IMG/VR virus record: IMGVR_UViG_3300028677_000001
Strand: one strand, 5' to 3'
DNA length: 38,398 nt
DNA from: a virus
This document shows positions 30,684-38,398 of this stretch, piece by piece. The notes below the pieces were generated by a model, which was given only the letters and a program-made list of their open reading frames with translations, made no database searches and was not told where the DNA came from. Numbering within the stretch: the first letter of the stretch is position 1; each line of letters begins with the position of its first letter. Both the position numbers and the translations under genes were made by a program.

Positions 30684-31879
30684 GCTTCCTCCAGTTCCTC
30701 GCCGATTAAGGCGGAAAAACTCAGCGCGGCGCGCCCGAAATCAGGCCGGTTGTGCGGGTAGAGCATTTCCGCCTCGTCGAGATCGAAGCGCGCGAGATAC
30801 AGAAAAGATATCAGCACGCGGGCGCACTGCGCCGCGGAAATCGCAAAACCCAAAGCGCTGTCGATATCAATGTAATCCGCGCCCGCGCCGGTAATCTTGC
30901 GGCAGACACCCGCCGCGCCCGGCAGGCGCGCGTAAATGTGCCGCCCCTGCAGTTCATTCGTAAAGTACGTGGAAGCGTAGCTGATCGGCTCAATGGTGAG
31001 GCGCGTTTCTTCCGCGCCCACGGCCGCCGCGGGGACTATATCGCGACCGTGTGAAGGCAGCCAGAAGGCCGAGAGCCGCCCCATGTGGGCATCAAAAAAA
31101 TTCCAGAAAGAGGCAATTTCCGCGCGCGAAGGGAAAACATAATCGGCGGAAAAAGTCATCTTGTTCGCGCCTGCGGCGTACGCGCTCTGCGCGTAAGCCA
31201 GGCCCTGCCACTGGGCGAGATCATAGGGACGGCGGTAGCCCAGCCGCAACGGGCGCTGGGGATAAAAAGCGAAGATGTCGAGCCCCTTATACTGCGCCGC
31301 GCCGGATGCGGGCGGCGTGTAGGCGAAGCTCCTTGCCTCTTCGAATGCTTCCTGCGCATCAATTTCTACCGTCTCGCCGCGCGTCATTTCTACATTTTGT
31401 TCCGCGCCGATCCGGCAGTCGTACACGGGCAGGACGCGCGAGCCGGCCGGCCAAGTAGCGGCAAGATTTTCGGAAAGTGTTATTTCCTGCGCGGCGATGG
31501 AAGCAATGCCGCAGACTTCATATGTGAACGGATCCGCCGCATCAATGATAATCAAATCTCTGCCCGTATAAAAACGTCGATAGGCGGTCTCGGCCACGGC
31601 AAGTTTTTTTTGTCCGCCCGCGGCCTGGGCGGTAAGGGCGGTCATATCCGGCCAGACGGGCACGCCCCAGATAGCGTCGGTGGAAAAAACAAGATTGCGC
31701 TTAAACCAGTTGACATGTGGCGATGTCGCCATTTTATACTTTGCGGCCAATCCCACGCGCGGCCATGAATACAGCGCGGCGCGCTGTTCGACGCCGCCCG
31801 CGGTGGTCATTATCTGCGTGCGCCAGCGGTGTCGTATGGAGACCTGCGCCGGCTCAATGGTGAGATAAACTTCCGCCAT
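30680..31879 (-). CDS. Distal tail protein (DUF2460 / GTA g12-like N-terminal region)
   Basis: Sits directly after the tape measure gene. The N-terminus ...TQIMTTAGGVEQRAALYSWPRVGL resembles the TIGR02217-type motif. Confidence 0.5.
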   Translation of the reverse strand: MAEVYLTIEPAQVSIRHRWRTQIMTTAGGVEQRAALYSWPRVGLAAKYKMATSPHVNWFKRNLVFSTDAIWGVPVWPDMTALTAQAAGGQKKLAVAETAYRRFYTGRDLIIIDAADPFTYEVCGIASIAAQEITLSENLAATWPAGSRVLPVYDCRIGAEQNVEMTRGETVEIDAQEAFEEARSFAYTPPASGAAQYKGLDIFAFYPQRPLRLGYRRPYDLAQWQGLAYAQSAYAAGANKMTFSADYVFPSRAEIASFWNFFDAHMGRLSAFWLPSHGRDIVPAAAVGAEETRLTIEPISYASTYFTNELQGRHIYARLPGAAGVCRKITGAGADYIDIDSALGFAISAAQCARVLISFLYLARFDLDEAEMLYPHNRPDFGRAALSFSALIGEELEEA

Positions 31880-31886
31880 TTTTCCC

Positions 31887-33929
31887 TCAATGTCTGATTA
31901 CGCGCCGGACTGTGCCGGCGTTTTGGCCGATAAAGTTTAGCATCGCGCGCCGGCCTCGCGGCGAGGCGATGTAGGCATCGAGCAATTCCGGCGATACGAT
32001 ATTAGCTATTTCGAGGCGGATTTCCCGCTTTTCTTCGCCCTTGATCTCGACGGGGACGGAGCCGCCCTTGAGCGGTATGTGCGCCTCCGGCACGCCGGAA
32101 TAATAAATGCCGGGACGGGTGGAGACGCCGCCCTCATCGTAAGAAGGCGGCTGGGCGTTGGCGATGAGCGCCGTCTGCATAATTCCAAAGGCCCCCGCCA
32201 TCGCGGCCTGCATGTAGGCCAGCGCCAGGCCGATGCCTGATTTATCCGCCGCGCCTTCAAAGGCCTTCATCACCGCTGATGCCGTGGATATCTGCACTTC
32301 CGCCATCTTGAACGCCTTATAAACGTAAAACGCCTCGCGAGAGTAACGCGCGTCCGCCTCGGCCAAATCCTCAAATAAAGACGCGACGCCGCCGACGAGG
32401 CCCCGGACCGTATCCAAGCGCGTGTGAAATTCCTCGCGGTTTATCTGGGCGCGCCGGCGGGATTCATATTCCATCAACTGCGTTTTATCCACTTCCGCCT
32501 GCCGCCAGGCCTCCACCTGCCGGGCCAGTTCCGCGCGTTCCAAATCAAACGCGGATTTGCCCAGCTCGCTGTATTTAAGAGTAAATTCTTTCCGGGCACT
32601 GATTATTTTATCCGTATTATCTTCCCCCCAGCCTTCAGGCTGATCCGCGCCGGCAACGGCATCAGCGAGCGTTTCCTTCGCCCTTTCCAGGGCGCGGATG
32701 AAAAGCTCCTGATCAATATATCCGCGGTGCAAAAGCATTACCAGACGCTCCACCGTGAGATTATACGCTTCCAAAGGAGTGCGCGTGGCTTCATATAGCC
32801 TCGCCGCCTCGGCCTGTAACTTCAAGTGCTCCTTCTGCGCTTCCGTCATTTTCCCGATTTTCTCCGCGGCATTACCGATTTTATTTGTGCCGTCTTCCAT
32901 GACATCGCCGGTTGTGCGCATAGCGGCGGCCAGCTCTTCGGACTTGGAAATCATCACCTCAAAATTATCCTTTGCTGATTTCCAGTATTTTTCCGCGGCG
33001 GCCTTATCCTCCAGCGCGCGATATGTCCAGTAATTGGCTTTCCCCGTGTAATATTCCTTACTGCCTTCCCGTATTGACGTTGCCGCCTGAAATTCATAAA
33101 AAGTTGCGATGAAGCGGTAAAGGTATTCCGAAGCCTTCATGGACGCGGCTTCAATCGACTGAAACACGCCGACAGCTCCCGCGGCGCCGCGGATCAGACC
33201 CTGACCAAGCATGAGTTGTAAATCCTTGACTGTAACCGTGAGCTTTTCCATTTTTTCTTTTGTGGTGAGTTGGGCCATATCATAACGCTCCAGCGCTTCT
33301 TTACCGGCATCGATGGTCGCGTTGAGAAGCGCCATCTGTTTTTCCTTGTCGGTGAGTTGTTCCACGGTCTTGCCCAGAGACTCGGCCATCTTTTCGTTTG
33401 CGGTCCCGACTTTGAGCATCAGACCGAGGTTATCCAGAATTTTGGGTGAGGCACGCCCCACGCCGGTGGCGATATCGTTAAACGCCTGCGCGGTCGTGAT
33501 ACCCATGTCGCGCGCCTTGGCACGCGCGATTTCCATTAAATCGCCCAGCTTCTCTATGGGGATTCCCAGGCTCATGGCGCGGTTGGCGGATTCGGTAAGC
33601 GACTTCTCGTCAATCAGACCAGCGGATTTTTGTCGAAGCGTCGCGTAGAGTTTTTCTGCGTCGCCGCCCATGGACTGCACCATCGAACGAAACGCTGTTT
33701 TTGACTGCTCAAATTGCGCGGCCTGCTCGGCCAGATTCCAGGCGGCACGCATCGTCACTGCCGCGCCGGCAATAGCCGCGGAAATGCCCAGCCAGTGCGT
33801 TTTTATCTTAGAAGCAAGCCCCTGCGACTGCGCTTCCATATTTTTCGCGCCGTCGGTTACCTGTTTGAAGCCGGAAATCGCGCCCGTGGCGTCGGTGGTA
33901 ATCCTGATTCTTACTTCCTTATCGGCCAT
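31887..33929 (-). CDS. Tail tape measure protein
   Basis: 680 aa, Ala/Glu/Lys-rich and helical, with a hydrophobic segment (WLGISAAIAGAAVTM). Follows the G/GT chaperone pair. Confidence 0.85.
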   Translation of the reverse strand: MADKEVRIRITTDATGAISGFKQVTDGAKNMEAQSQGLASKIKTHWLGISAAIAGAAVTMRAAWNLAEQAAQFEQSKTAFRSMVQSMGGDAEKLYATLRQKSAGLIDEKSLTESANRAMSLGIPIEKLGDLMEIARAKARDMGITTAQAFNDIATGVGRASPKILDNLGLMLKVGTANEKMAESLGKTVEQLTDKEKQMALLNATIDAGKEALERYDMAQLTTKEKMEKLTVTVKDLQLMLGQGLIRGAAGAVGVFQSIEAASMKASEYLYRFIATFYEFQAATSIREGSKEYYTGKANYWTYRALEDKAAAEKYWKSAKDNFEVMISKSEELAAAMRTTGDVMEDGTNKIGNAAEKIGKMTEAQKEHLKLQAEAARLYEATRTPLEAYNLTVERLVMLLHRGYIDQELFIRALERAKETLADAVAGADQPEGWGEDNTDKIISARKEFTLKYSELGKSAFDLERAELARQVEAWRQAEVDKTQLMEYESRRRAQINREEFHTRLDTVRGLVGGVASLFEDLAEADARYSREAFYVYKAFKMAEVQISTASAVMKAFEGAADKSGIGLALAYMQAAMAGAFGIMQTALIANAQPPSYDEGGVSTRPGIYYSGVPEAHIPLKGGSVPVEIKGEEKREIRLEIANIVSPELLDAYIASPRGRRAMLNFIGQNAGTVRRVIRH

Positions 33930-33951
33930 GTTTTATCTCTCTATGACACGT

Positions 33952-34254
33952 TTATTTATTTCTCATTTCCTCGCAGTTTTTGCATATCCAATCCAAATGC
34001 ACGGTGCCAAATTCCGCCTCGCACTGGCGCCTTTTTTCCGGCGTGCAGGCTTTATCCGTTTTATTGATGATACCCAGCGCCGTCGTCTCAAACGCCTTGA
34101 CACGCTCTAGAAAGTGCATGTCGATTGTCATCCCCAGCTCGCGGGCCGCCAGCAGTACTGGCGTCATATTCAAACCGTAACTGCCGCCCGGCGAGCAGAG
34201 CCACTGGCTGGACATGATTCTCAAAAGCTCCCAGAGACGCGCGTTTGCCGGCAT
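33952..34254 (-). CDS. Tail assembly chaperone, frameshift-extension (gpT-like, DUF1799-like) segment; probably made as a G-T fusion
   Basis: The -1 frame is open from the slippery site at 34314..34308 straight into this ORF (KKLIALTRALITGAGEAQDI-MPANARLWELL...). Cys-rich C-terminus. Confidence 0.7.
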   Translation of the reverse strand: MPANARLWELLRIMSSQWLCSPGGSYGLNMTPVLLAARELGMTIDMHFLERVKAFETTALGIINKTDKACTPEKRRQCEAEFGTVHLDWICKNCEEMRNK

Positions 34255-34304
34255 TATATCTTGCGCCTCACCAGCGCCGGTAATCAGCGCGCGGGTGAGG
34301 GCAA

Positions 34305-34709
34305 TCAGTTTTTTATTTCCGCCTCTTTCTGGCGCTCCGCGATCAATTCCTGGCTCTGCGCGAACGCCCAGATCCAGTCGCGCAGTGTCAGGTCGTTCAT
34401 AATCGCCTTGCGGCTGGCCAGAGAATCCTCCAGCAGGCGGCCTTCCTCGTCACCCAGGCCTTCCCACGCCTCGATAAGATAAGTGGTCAGCGCGTCATCG
34501 AAGGCTTCGCTGTCCACTTTTTCCACGGGCATCATCCGCCGTGAAATTTTATCGACCTCCATTTCCAGGCGGACATGCGGCTTGCGCAGTTCCTGTATTA
34601 CGTCAGAAGCGAGCTTGCGAATCTTCAACCGGACGCCCGGGGCGTAAGTACCCCACACTCCCTCCGGCCAGTTGGCCGGGTCAAATTTTTTGGTGCTGAT
34701 TTTCAGCAT
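34305..34709 (-). CDS. Tail assembly chaperone (gpG-like)
   Basis: 134-aa acidic protein between the major tail and tape measure genes. Ends ...EAEIKN* with A_AAA_AAC immediately before the stop. Confidence 0.75.
   Translation of the reverse strand: MLKISTKKFDPANWPEGVWGTYAPGVRLKIRKLASDVIQELRKPHVRLEMEVDKISRRMMPVEKVDSEAFDDALTTYLIEAWEGLGDEEGRLLEDSLASRKAIMNDLTLRDWIWAFAQSQELIAERQKEAEIKN
34308..34314 (-). other. Programmed -1 frameshift slippery heptamer A_AAA_AAC
   Basis: Minus strand gaa ata aaa aac tga. X_XXY_YYZ is in the correct phase, and the -1 frame joins the downstream ORF without stops. Confidence 0.75.
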
Positions 34710-34747
34710 AATGTTTCCTTGCCTTTCCCCGGCAGGCGCCGGGCTAC

Positions 34748-34768
34748 GCCCGCCCTGGCAGGGCGGGC
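34748..34768. terminator. GC hairpin downstream of the major tail gene; the T-rich tail is on the plus (antisense) strand
   Basis: GCCCGCCCT-ggc-AGGGCGGGC (9-bp stem) followed on the plus strand by TTGTTTTTA. On the gene strand it is followed by GTAGCCC. Confidence 0.55.
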
Positions 34769-34779
34769 TTGTTTTTATG

Positions 34780-36072
34780 TTAGGCCGCGTAAGTGGCCTG
34801 CTTATTCTGCACCATGACGATCACGGAGCCGTAGGTGGTATCCTCCAGCACCTGCAGCTCGCAGGATTCGGCCAGGCGTTTATTATCCACGGAAATCGGC
34901 GCGGTTAATACGGCGACCTTCGGGAAAATAATCTCCACCTGATATTTGTATTCCGGCGAGGCGTCATACGCGGCGCCCTCGGCCAGAATATACAGGCCGA
35001 ATGTATCGTTATCCGCGATGTGCTGCTGCATGATGAATTCGCGGAATTCGCGGTCGAGCTTTATCTTCTGCGTGCGCCCGCCGCGCAGTGCCCGCGCCGC
35101 GTAGGAACCACCGGCGCAGGGCGTAAACTGCACTTCCAGATTATTCTGGAACGACCATTCAATCTGCTTTACTTCCGCGCACAGTTCACGGCCGCCTTCA
35201 AAAGCAGAACCGGACCAGGTGCCGCCCATGTTCACGGTGACGCCGGAGACGCGCAGGGGCGTCTCGTCCACGCGCGCGGGGAAGGTCATCCAGGCCGCCT
35301 CGGTGGCCGCGTAGAGTATTTTGTAATCCACTTCGGGGCTGGCTTCGCCGCCGGGATCGGTGATTGTAATTACCGCGGGCGGCGCCTCCGATACGGCGGA
35401 ATATTCCACATCTGTCCAGACGCCGTCGGATAATTCCACTTTGATGCTGTGGACATTGGCGAGCCTTTCCGCGGCCGTCGACCCGGCCACGGCATTTGCG
35501 GCCAGCGTCAGGGATTCGGCGTTGCCTGGGGCGATAACGGTCTCTTCGGTGATGGAATTGGTCACCTTGCCCGTGCCTTTGATTGTGCCGGAAATCTTGC
35601 ACCAGGCATCGCGCGCGAAAGTCGCGGCGATTGAATCGACAAAGCACGAAGCAAAGCGCCGCTTCATCACGGTTTTGCCAAAGCGCTGCGCGGCGGTAAA
35701 TGACGGGATGGAACGCGAACCGTCCAGCTCTCCTGCAATCGGCGTGATGGTGTGCTTGTAGCCCGTGCCCGCGGCGGCCGTGGAAACGGAACCCAGCGCG
35801 TAGGCGAGCAGAAAAGCGAAGTGCTGGGGCTGTCCCCTTTCAAAATTGAACACGCCTTCGGCCAGCGCGCCCAGGTCATAAATCGTATCCGGCTCTTCGT
35901 AACCCGTGGCTTCGTTGGAATTATCCTCGCGGCGGGGCACTAAATTGAGCACATCACCCAGCGCGCAAAGCATTCCGGTGTCCAGCGTCTGCTCCGTGTT
36001 GATTGCGGTTTCCCTGCTGTTGGCGGAAACAGCAATCAGGTTGTGTGTTGCTAAAAAGTTTCTGTCTGACAT
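34780..36072 (-). CDS. Major tail (tube) protein, large form
   Basis: 430 aa, immediately upstream of the G/GT chaperones. Strong AGGGGGA SD and a following hairpin, as for abundant structural genes. No sheath gene is present. Confidence 0.65.
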   Translation of the reverse strand: MSDRNFLATHNLIAVSANSRETAINTEQTLDTGMLCALGDVLNLVPRREDNSNEATGYEEPDTIYDLGALAEGVFNFERGQPQHFAFLLAYALGSVSTAAAGTGYKHTITPIAGELDGSRSIPSFTAAQRFGKTVMKRRFASCFVDSIAATFARDAWCKISGTIKGTGKVTNSITEETVIAPGNAESLTLAANAVAGSTAAERLANVHSIKVELSDGVWTDVEYSAVSEAPPAVITITDPGGEASPEVDYKILYAATEAAWMTFPARVDETPLRVSGVTVNMGGTWSGSAFEGGRELCAEVKQIEWSFQNNLEVQFTPCAGGSYAARALRGGRTQKIKLDREFREFIMQQHIADNDTFGLYILAEGAAYDASPEYKYQVEIIFPKVAVLTAPISVDNKRLAESCELQVLEDTTYGSVIVMVQNKQATYAA

Positions 36073-36087
36073 TTTTTATTCCCCCTT

Positions 36088-36315
36088 TTATTCGGCAATT
36101 ATGCGTTTGCGCGCTTTCGCCGTTTTTATTTGAACTAGAGGCGCGGCAGGCACCGCCGCCGGCGCTGGTCTTTTATAAGGCGCGGATACATCGTCAAAGC
36201 GGTGCGCTTCCTGCGGCGGAATTTCCTTGTATAACTTTCCGCGCTTGTAGGAGCTTCCCGCCAGCGGTCCATCCACCACCGTAAAGTTTTCCTGATTAGG
36301 TTTTAACGTGTACAT
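36088..36315 (-). CDS. Hypothetical 75-aa protein (tail module)
   Basis: ATG 36315 preceded by AAGGAGGAG. The track ORF's earlier start lacks an SD. Confidence 0.45.
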   Translation of the reverse strand: MYTLKPNQENFTVVDGPLAGSSYKRGKLYKEIPPQEAHRFDDVSAPYKRPAPAAVPAAPLVQIKTAKARKRIIAE

Positions 36316-36335
36316 CTCTCCTCCTTTCGTGGGGA

Positions 36336-36779
36336 TTAATATTCCCACTTGGCCGTGCGGTATTCGATTTCCACCGTAATCGTCGCTTGGCCGGATATTT
36401 TATCGTTTTGGCCGATTTCTATTTCTTCGCTGACGGGATTGGTATCAATCGCCAGCCCGTCCCATGTATCATCCTGAGCAATCGCCTTGTAAACATCTTC
36501 AATCATCTCGCGCACCTGCTCGGCGGTTGTGGAGCCGGATTTTGTTTTGACCTCGATTTCGAGGCGCACACGGTTATTGCGCAGTTCCAGCGTTTCGGTT
36601 TCAATTTCGGCGGAGCGGTCGCGGTAAATCAGGGCGTCGAGTTCTTTTCCGGCCAGATCGCGGTCGAGCCAGTCAAACACGTTAGCGCCGATATCCGTCT
36701 TGTAGCCGGCGGACGTCTTGATGGTTTTAAGACGCGCGTCGATTTTGTCCATAATCTGCTGTCGGATGCTGTCAGCCAT
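36336..36779 (-). CDS. Tail terminator / tail completion protein (DUF3168-like)
   Basis: The position before the major tail gene and the pattern IRQQIMDKIDARLKTIKTSAGYKTDIGANVF are typical of neck/tail-terminator proteins. Confidence 0.45.
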   Translation of the reverse strand: MADSIRQQIMDKIDARLKTIKTSAGYKTDIGANVFDWLDRDLAGKELDALIYRDRSAEIETETLELRNNRVRLEIEVKTKSGSTTAEQVREMIEDVYKAIAQDDTWDGLAIDTNPVSEEIEIGQNDKISGQATITVEIEYRTAKWEY

Positions 36780-37084
36780 TAGTCAATACTCAGCTCCACA
36801 ATGCTCATGCCGCCGTCGCCCGCGCGGGGCGGCTCCTTAACTTTATAAGTTACGCCGCCAATGACGATGGTCTCGCCCGGCGCCATATCCTCCACGTCCG
36901 ATGTTTTGGCCTCGATCCAGTAGCGATATCCTTCCATGCCCATGATATCCTGGTATTCGCGGCTGAAAATAACCTTGAGCGTCACATCCGCGGCGGAGGC
37001 CGGGGAATAGACGGCATCGTCCGCGAATTCATCCGTGTTCAAAACAGTATCGAGGTCGGTCAAAATGTCCGCTTTCAGCGTCAT
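36779..37084 (-). CDS. Head-tail adaptor / head-closure protein
   Basis: 101 aa. ...DEFADDAVYSP...TLKVIF...DVEDMAPGETIVIGGVTYKVKEP...GMSIVELS resembles the pattern of head-tail joining proteins. Confidence 0.45.
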   Translation of the reverse strand: MTLKADILTDLDTVLNTDEFADDAVYSPASAADVTLKVIFSREYQDIMGMEGYRYWIEAKTSDVEDMAPGETIVIGGVTYKVKEPPRAGDGGMSIVELSID

Positions 37085-37335
37085 TTCTTTTCCCCTTTCC
37101 CGTTCCGGGGCGACGCGAAATGGTCCGCGGCGGAGGCGGCGGCAAGCGCGGCGATAATCGCCACGACGCCGGAATCAATCGCCGCGAGCTCTCCCCGCTT
37201 AAACGACATAATCACCCACATCACCGTCACCACCGCCATGAACGGGAACAAACAGGCGCGCTTGGACGAGATATCCGACTCCACGCGGATGATATTCATT
37301 AAAAAATTGCCGATGCTATTTAGTATCCGTTTCAT
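37081..37335 (-). CDS. Membrane protein, 84 aa, 2 TM (holin/antiholin candidate)
   Basis: ATG 37335 (alternative start at 37374). CLFPFMAVVTVMWVIMSF and SGVVAIIAALAAASAA. Overlaps the i-spanin 3' end. Confidence 0.45.
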   Translation of the reverse strand: MKRILNSIGNFLMNIIRVESDISSKRACLFPFMAVVTVMWVIMSFKRGELAAIDSGVVAIIAALAAASAADHFASPRNGKGEKK

Positions 37336-37831
37336 AACACACCACCGTTTTTTCCAGTTGAAGGGCGTAATCAATCACCGCCAGATAATTTTCCGCCAGG
37401 TTTTTCAGCGTCCAGCCGGATCCGGCAGTACGGGACGGACCGGCTTCGGGCAGAACTTCTCGGGCGGCGGCGGAACCACCGCCTGCTTGCCGCAGGCCGC
37501 CAGAATTAAAATAATAAGTATAAGCGCTAAGTATTTTTTCATCTTCTTCCCCCAGGGCGCAGGCGGCGGATATTTCCCGCGCGGCGGCAAGCAGACGGGC
37601 AGTCTCGTCGGCCACCCGCTGCTGCGCGGCCTGCGTCTTTTTTGCCGCCGCAATGTTTTTTTCGTACTGCTGAAGCTGCGCGCTCATCGCCGCAAGCTCC
37701 TCTTTCTGCCGCTCCAGCTGAGCCTTCTGCAGACGGATGGTCTGCACAGCGAACGCCGCGCCGGAAAACATAACCGCGGCCGCGAGCGCGATGAGGAGCC
37801 AGCTGGTCGGTTTCAGGTACCACGGCATCAT
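37316..37831 (-). CDS. i-spanin (Rz-like)
   Basis: N-terminal TM (SWLLIALAAAVMFSGAAFAV), then a coiled coil (LQKAQLERQKEELAAMSAQLQQYEK). Contains an embedded lipoprotein ORF in another frame. Confidence 0.8.
   Translation of the reverse strand: MMPWYLKPTSWLLIALAAAVMFSGAAFAVQTIRLQKAQLERQKEELAAMSAQLQQYEKNIAAAKKTQAAQQRVADETARLLAAAREISAACALGEEDEKILSAYTYYFNSGGLRQAGGGSAAAREVLPEAGPSRTAGSGWTLKNLAENYLAVIDYALQLEKTVVCYETDTK
37405..37542 (-). CDS. o-spanin (Rz1-like lipoprotein) embedded in the i-spanin gene
   Basis: MKKYLALILIILILAAC|GKQAVVPPPPEKFCPKPVRPVLPDPAGR: lipobox LAAC and a Pro-rich mature part, lying entirely within 37316..37831 in a different frame. Confidence 0.8.
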   Translation of the reverse strand: MKKYLALILIILILAACGKQAVVPPPPEKFCPKPVRPVLPDPAGR

Positions 37832-37944
37832 TTTGCTCCCGTTATCCTGTATTTAATCCACGCCCAAATCCGGGCACGGTACCTGTACACAAACAGCGCG
37901 CCCGCGGTTGCCGCCACACCCATGACAAAACCAAGTTCATACAT
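37828..37944 (-). CDS. 38-aa single-TM protein (below the track cutoff), lysis-cassette member
   Basis: AAAGGAGG SD then ATG 37944: MYELGFVMGVAATAGALFVYRYRARIWAWIKYRITGAK. Its TGA overlaps the i-spanin ATG. Confidence 0.5.
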   Translation of the reverse strand: MYELGFVMGVAATAGALFVYRYRARIWAWIKYRITGAK

Positions 37945-37956
37945 AATGCCTCCTTT

Positions 37957-38397
37957 TCACCCGTTGCTTCTGTCTTTTTGCCGCGTCGGGCAGAGTTCGG
38001 ATCCTTTCACCAGCGCGTGCGCTTTTTTTATCGCAAACGCCGGTACGATTTCCGCCGCGAGCCAGCGCGCGCAGGTCCAGTTGTGCGCGTGGCCGTTTTT
38101 CAAGGCCCAATCAAAAAGCCAGAGCTGGTCGTCCTTATCGCGCCAGTTGAGCCCGGGACGTCCGGCCATTTTTTTCATCGCGTTAAAAGTTTTCTCGTGA
38201 AACTGCGCGATACCGTAAGCCCGGCCGCCATCGCCCCAGACTCCCTCGTGCCGGCAGGAGCTTTCGCACTGGAGAATGATTATCTTCTGCCGCTCCAGTT
38301 CGATATCGCGCGGGACGCACTCATCCTCCGCCGTCGGCGCGGCGGCCAGCACCAGAAGAAACGCGGCCAGCGCGAAAATGACGAACTCACGTAACAT
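37957..38397 (-). CDS. Lytic transglycosylase (SLT/goose-lysozyme-like) with an N-terminal signal or SAR-type hydrophobic segment
   Basis: FVIFALAAFLLVLAAAPTA at the N-terminus. CESSCRHEGV...AYGIAQFHEKTF resembles the SLT catalytic E-S ... G(I/L)xQ motif. The start codon lies inside the terminal repeat. Confidence 0.7.
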   Translation of the reverse strand: MLREFVIFALAAFLLVLAAAPTAEDECVPRDIELERQKIIILQCESSCRHEGVWGDGGRAYGIAQFHEKTFNAMKKMAGRPGLNWRDKDDQLWLFDWALKNGHAHNWTCARWLAAEIVPAFAIKKAHALVKGSELCPTRQKDRSNG

Positions 38398-38398
38398 C
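38272..38398. repeat. Terminal direct repeat, right copy (identical to 1..127)
   Basis: See the left copy. Confidence 0.97.

Overview
The window is a complete, closed genome of a temperate tailed phage. The first 127 nt are repeated exactly as the last 127 nt, so the unique length is 38,271 bp. It is siphovirus-type: tape measure plus G/GT chaperones, and no sheath gene. All genes run on the minus strand except three (CI-like repressor, a 45-aa membrane ORF, integrase). Reading down the minus strand from the cro-like gene (21907):
- Early region: cro-like and CII-like regulators, then a run of small ORFs including micro membrane proteins.
- Two DNA methyltransferases (an N6A/N4C-type and a compact C5-type).
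- A CHC2-zinc-finger/Toprim primase fused to a P4/D5-type helicase.
- An iteron-rich, ori-like gap.
- Three poorly defined genes.
- A ParB-domain::DNA methyltransferase fusion interrupted at a G8 tract.
- Lambda-like packaging and head genes: Nu1-like candidate, GpA-type TerL, gpW, lambda-type portal, S49 protease/scaffold, DUF2190-like decoration protein, Mu gpT-like major capsid protein.
- An unusual insert between the head and tail modules: a soluble glycosyltransferase cassette plus the lysis cassette. The lysis cassette holds an amidase, a secreted or SAR-type transglycosylase, an embedded Rz/Rz1 spanin pair and several small membrane proteins, and it spans the contig junction.
- Head-tail connector genes, the major tail protein, and G/GT chaperones with an A_AAA_AAC -1 slippery site.
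- Tape measure and a GTA-like distal tail set (DUF2460-like, DUF2163/BR0599, NlpC/P60, gpJ-like host-specificity protein carrying a beta-helix insert).
- Two fibre-like proteins.
An attP core derived from the 3' half of a tRNA-Gln(CUG)-like gene, flanked by TGTCCACA arm repeats, lies next to the integrase. I found no rRNA, no complete tRNA, no CRISPR array and no reverse transcriptase.
The most interesting points are: the G8-interrupted ParB-methyltransferase (possible phase switch); the late-operon glycosyltransferase cassette; a repeat-rich 450-bp non-coding gap plus an Xis/AlpA-like HTH gene wedged between terL and gpW; tandem hairpins with identical loops upstream of the ParB-methyltransferase; the ori-like inverted iteron field; and the small-ORF accessory clusters.
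All functional calls rest on motif recognition by eye. No database search was run.
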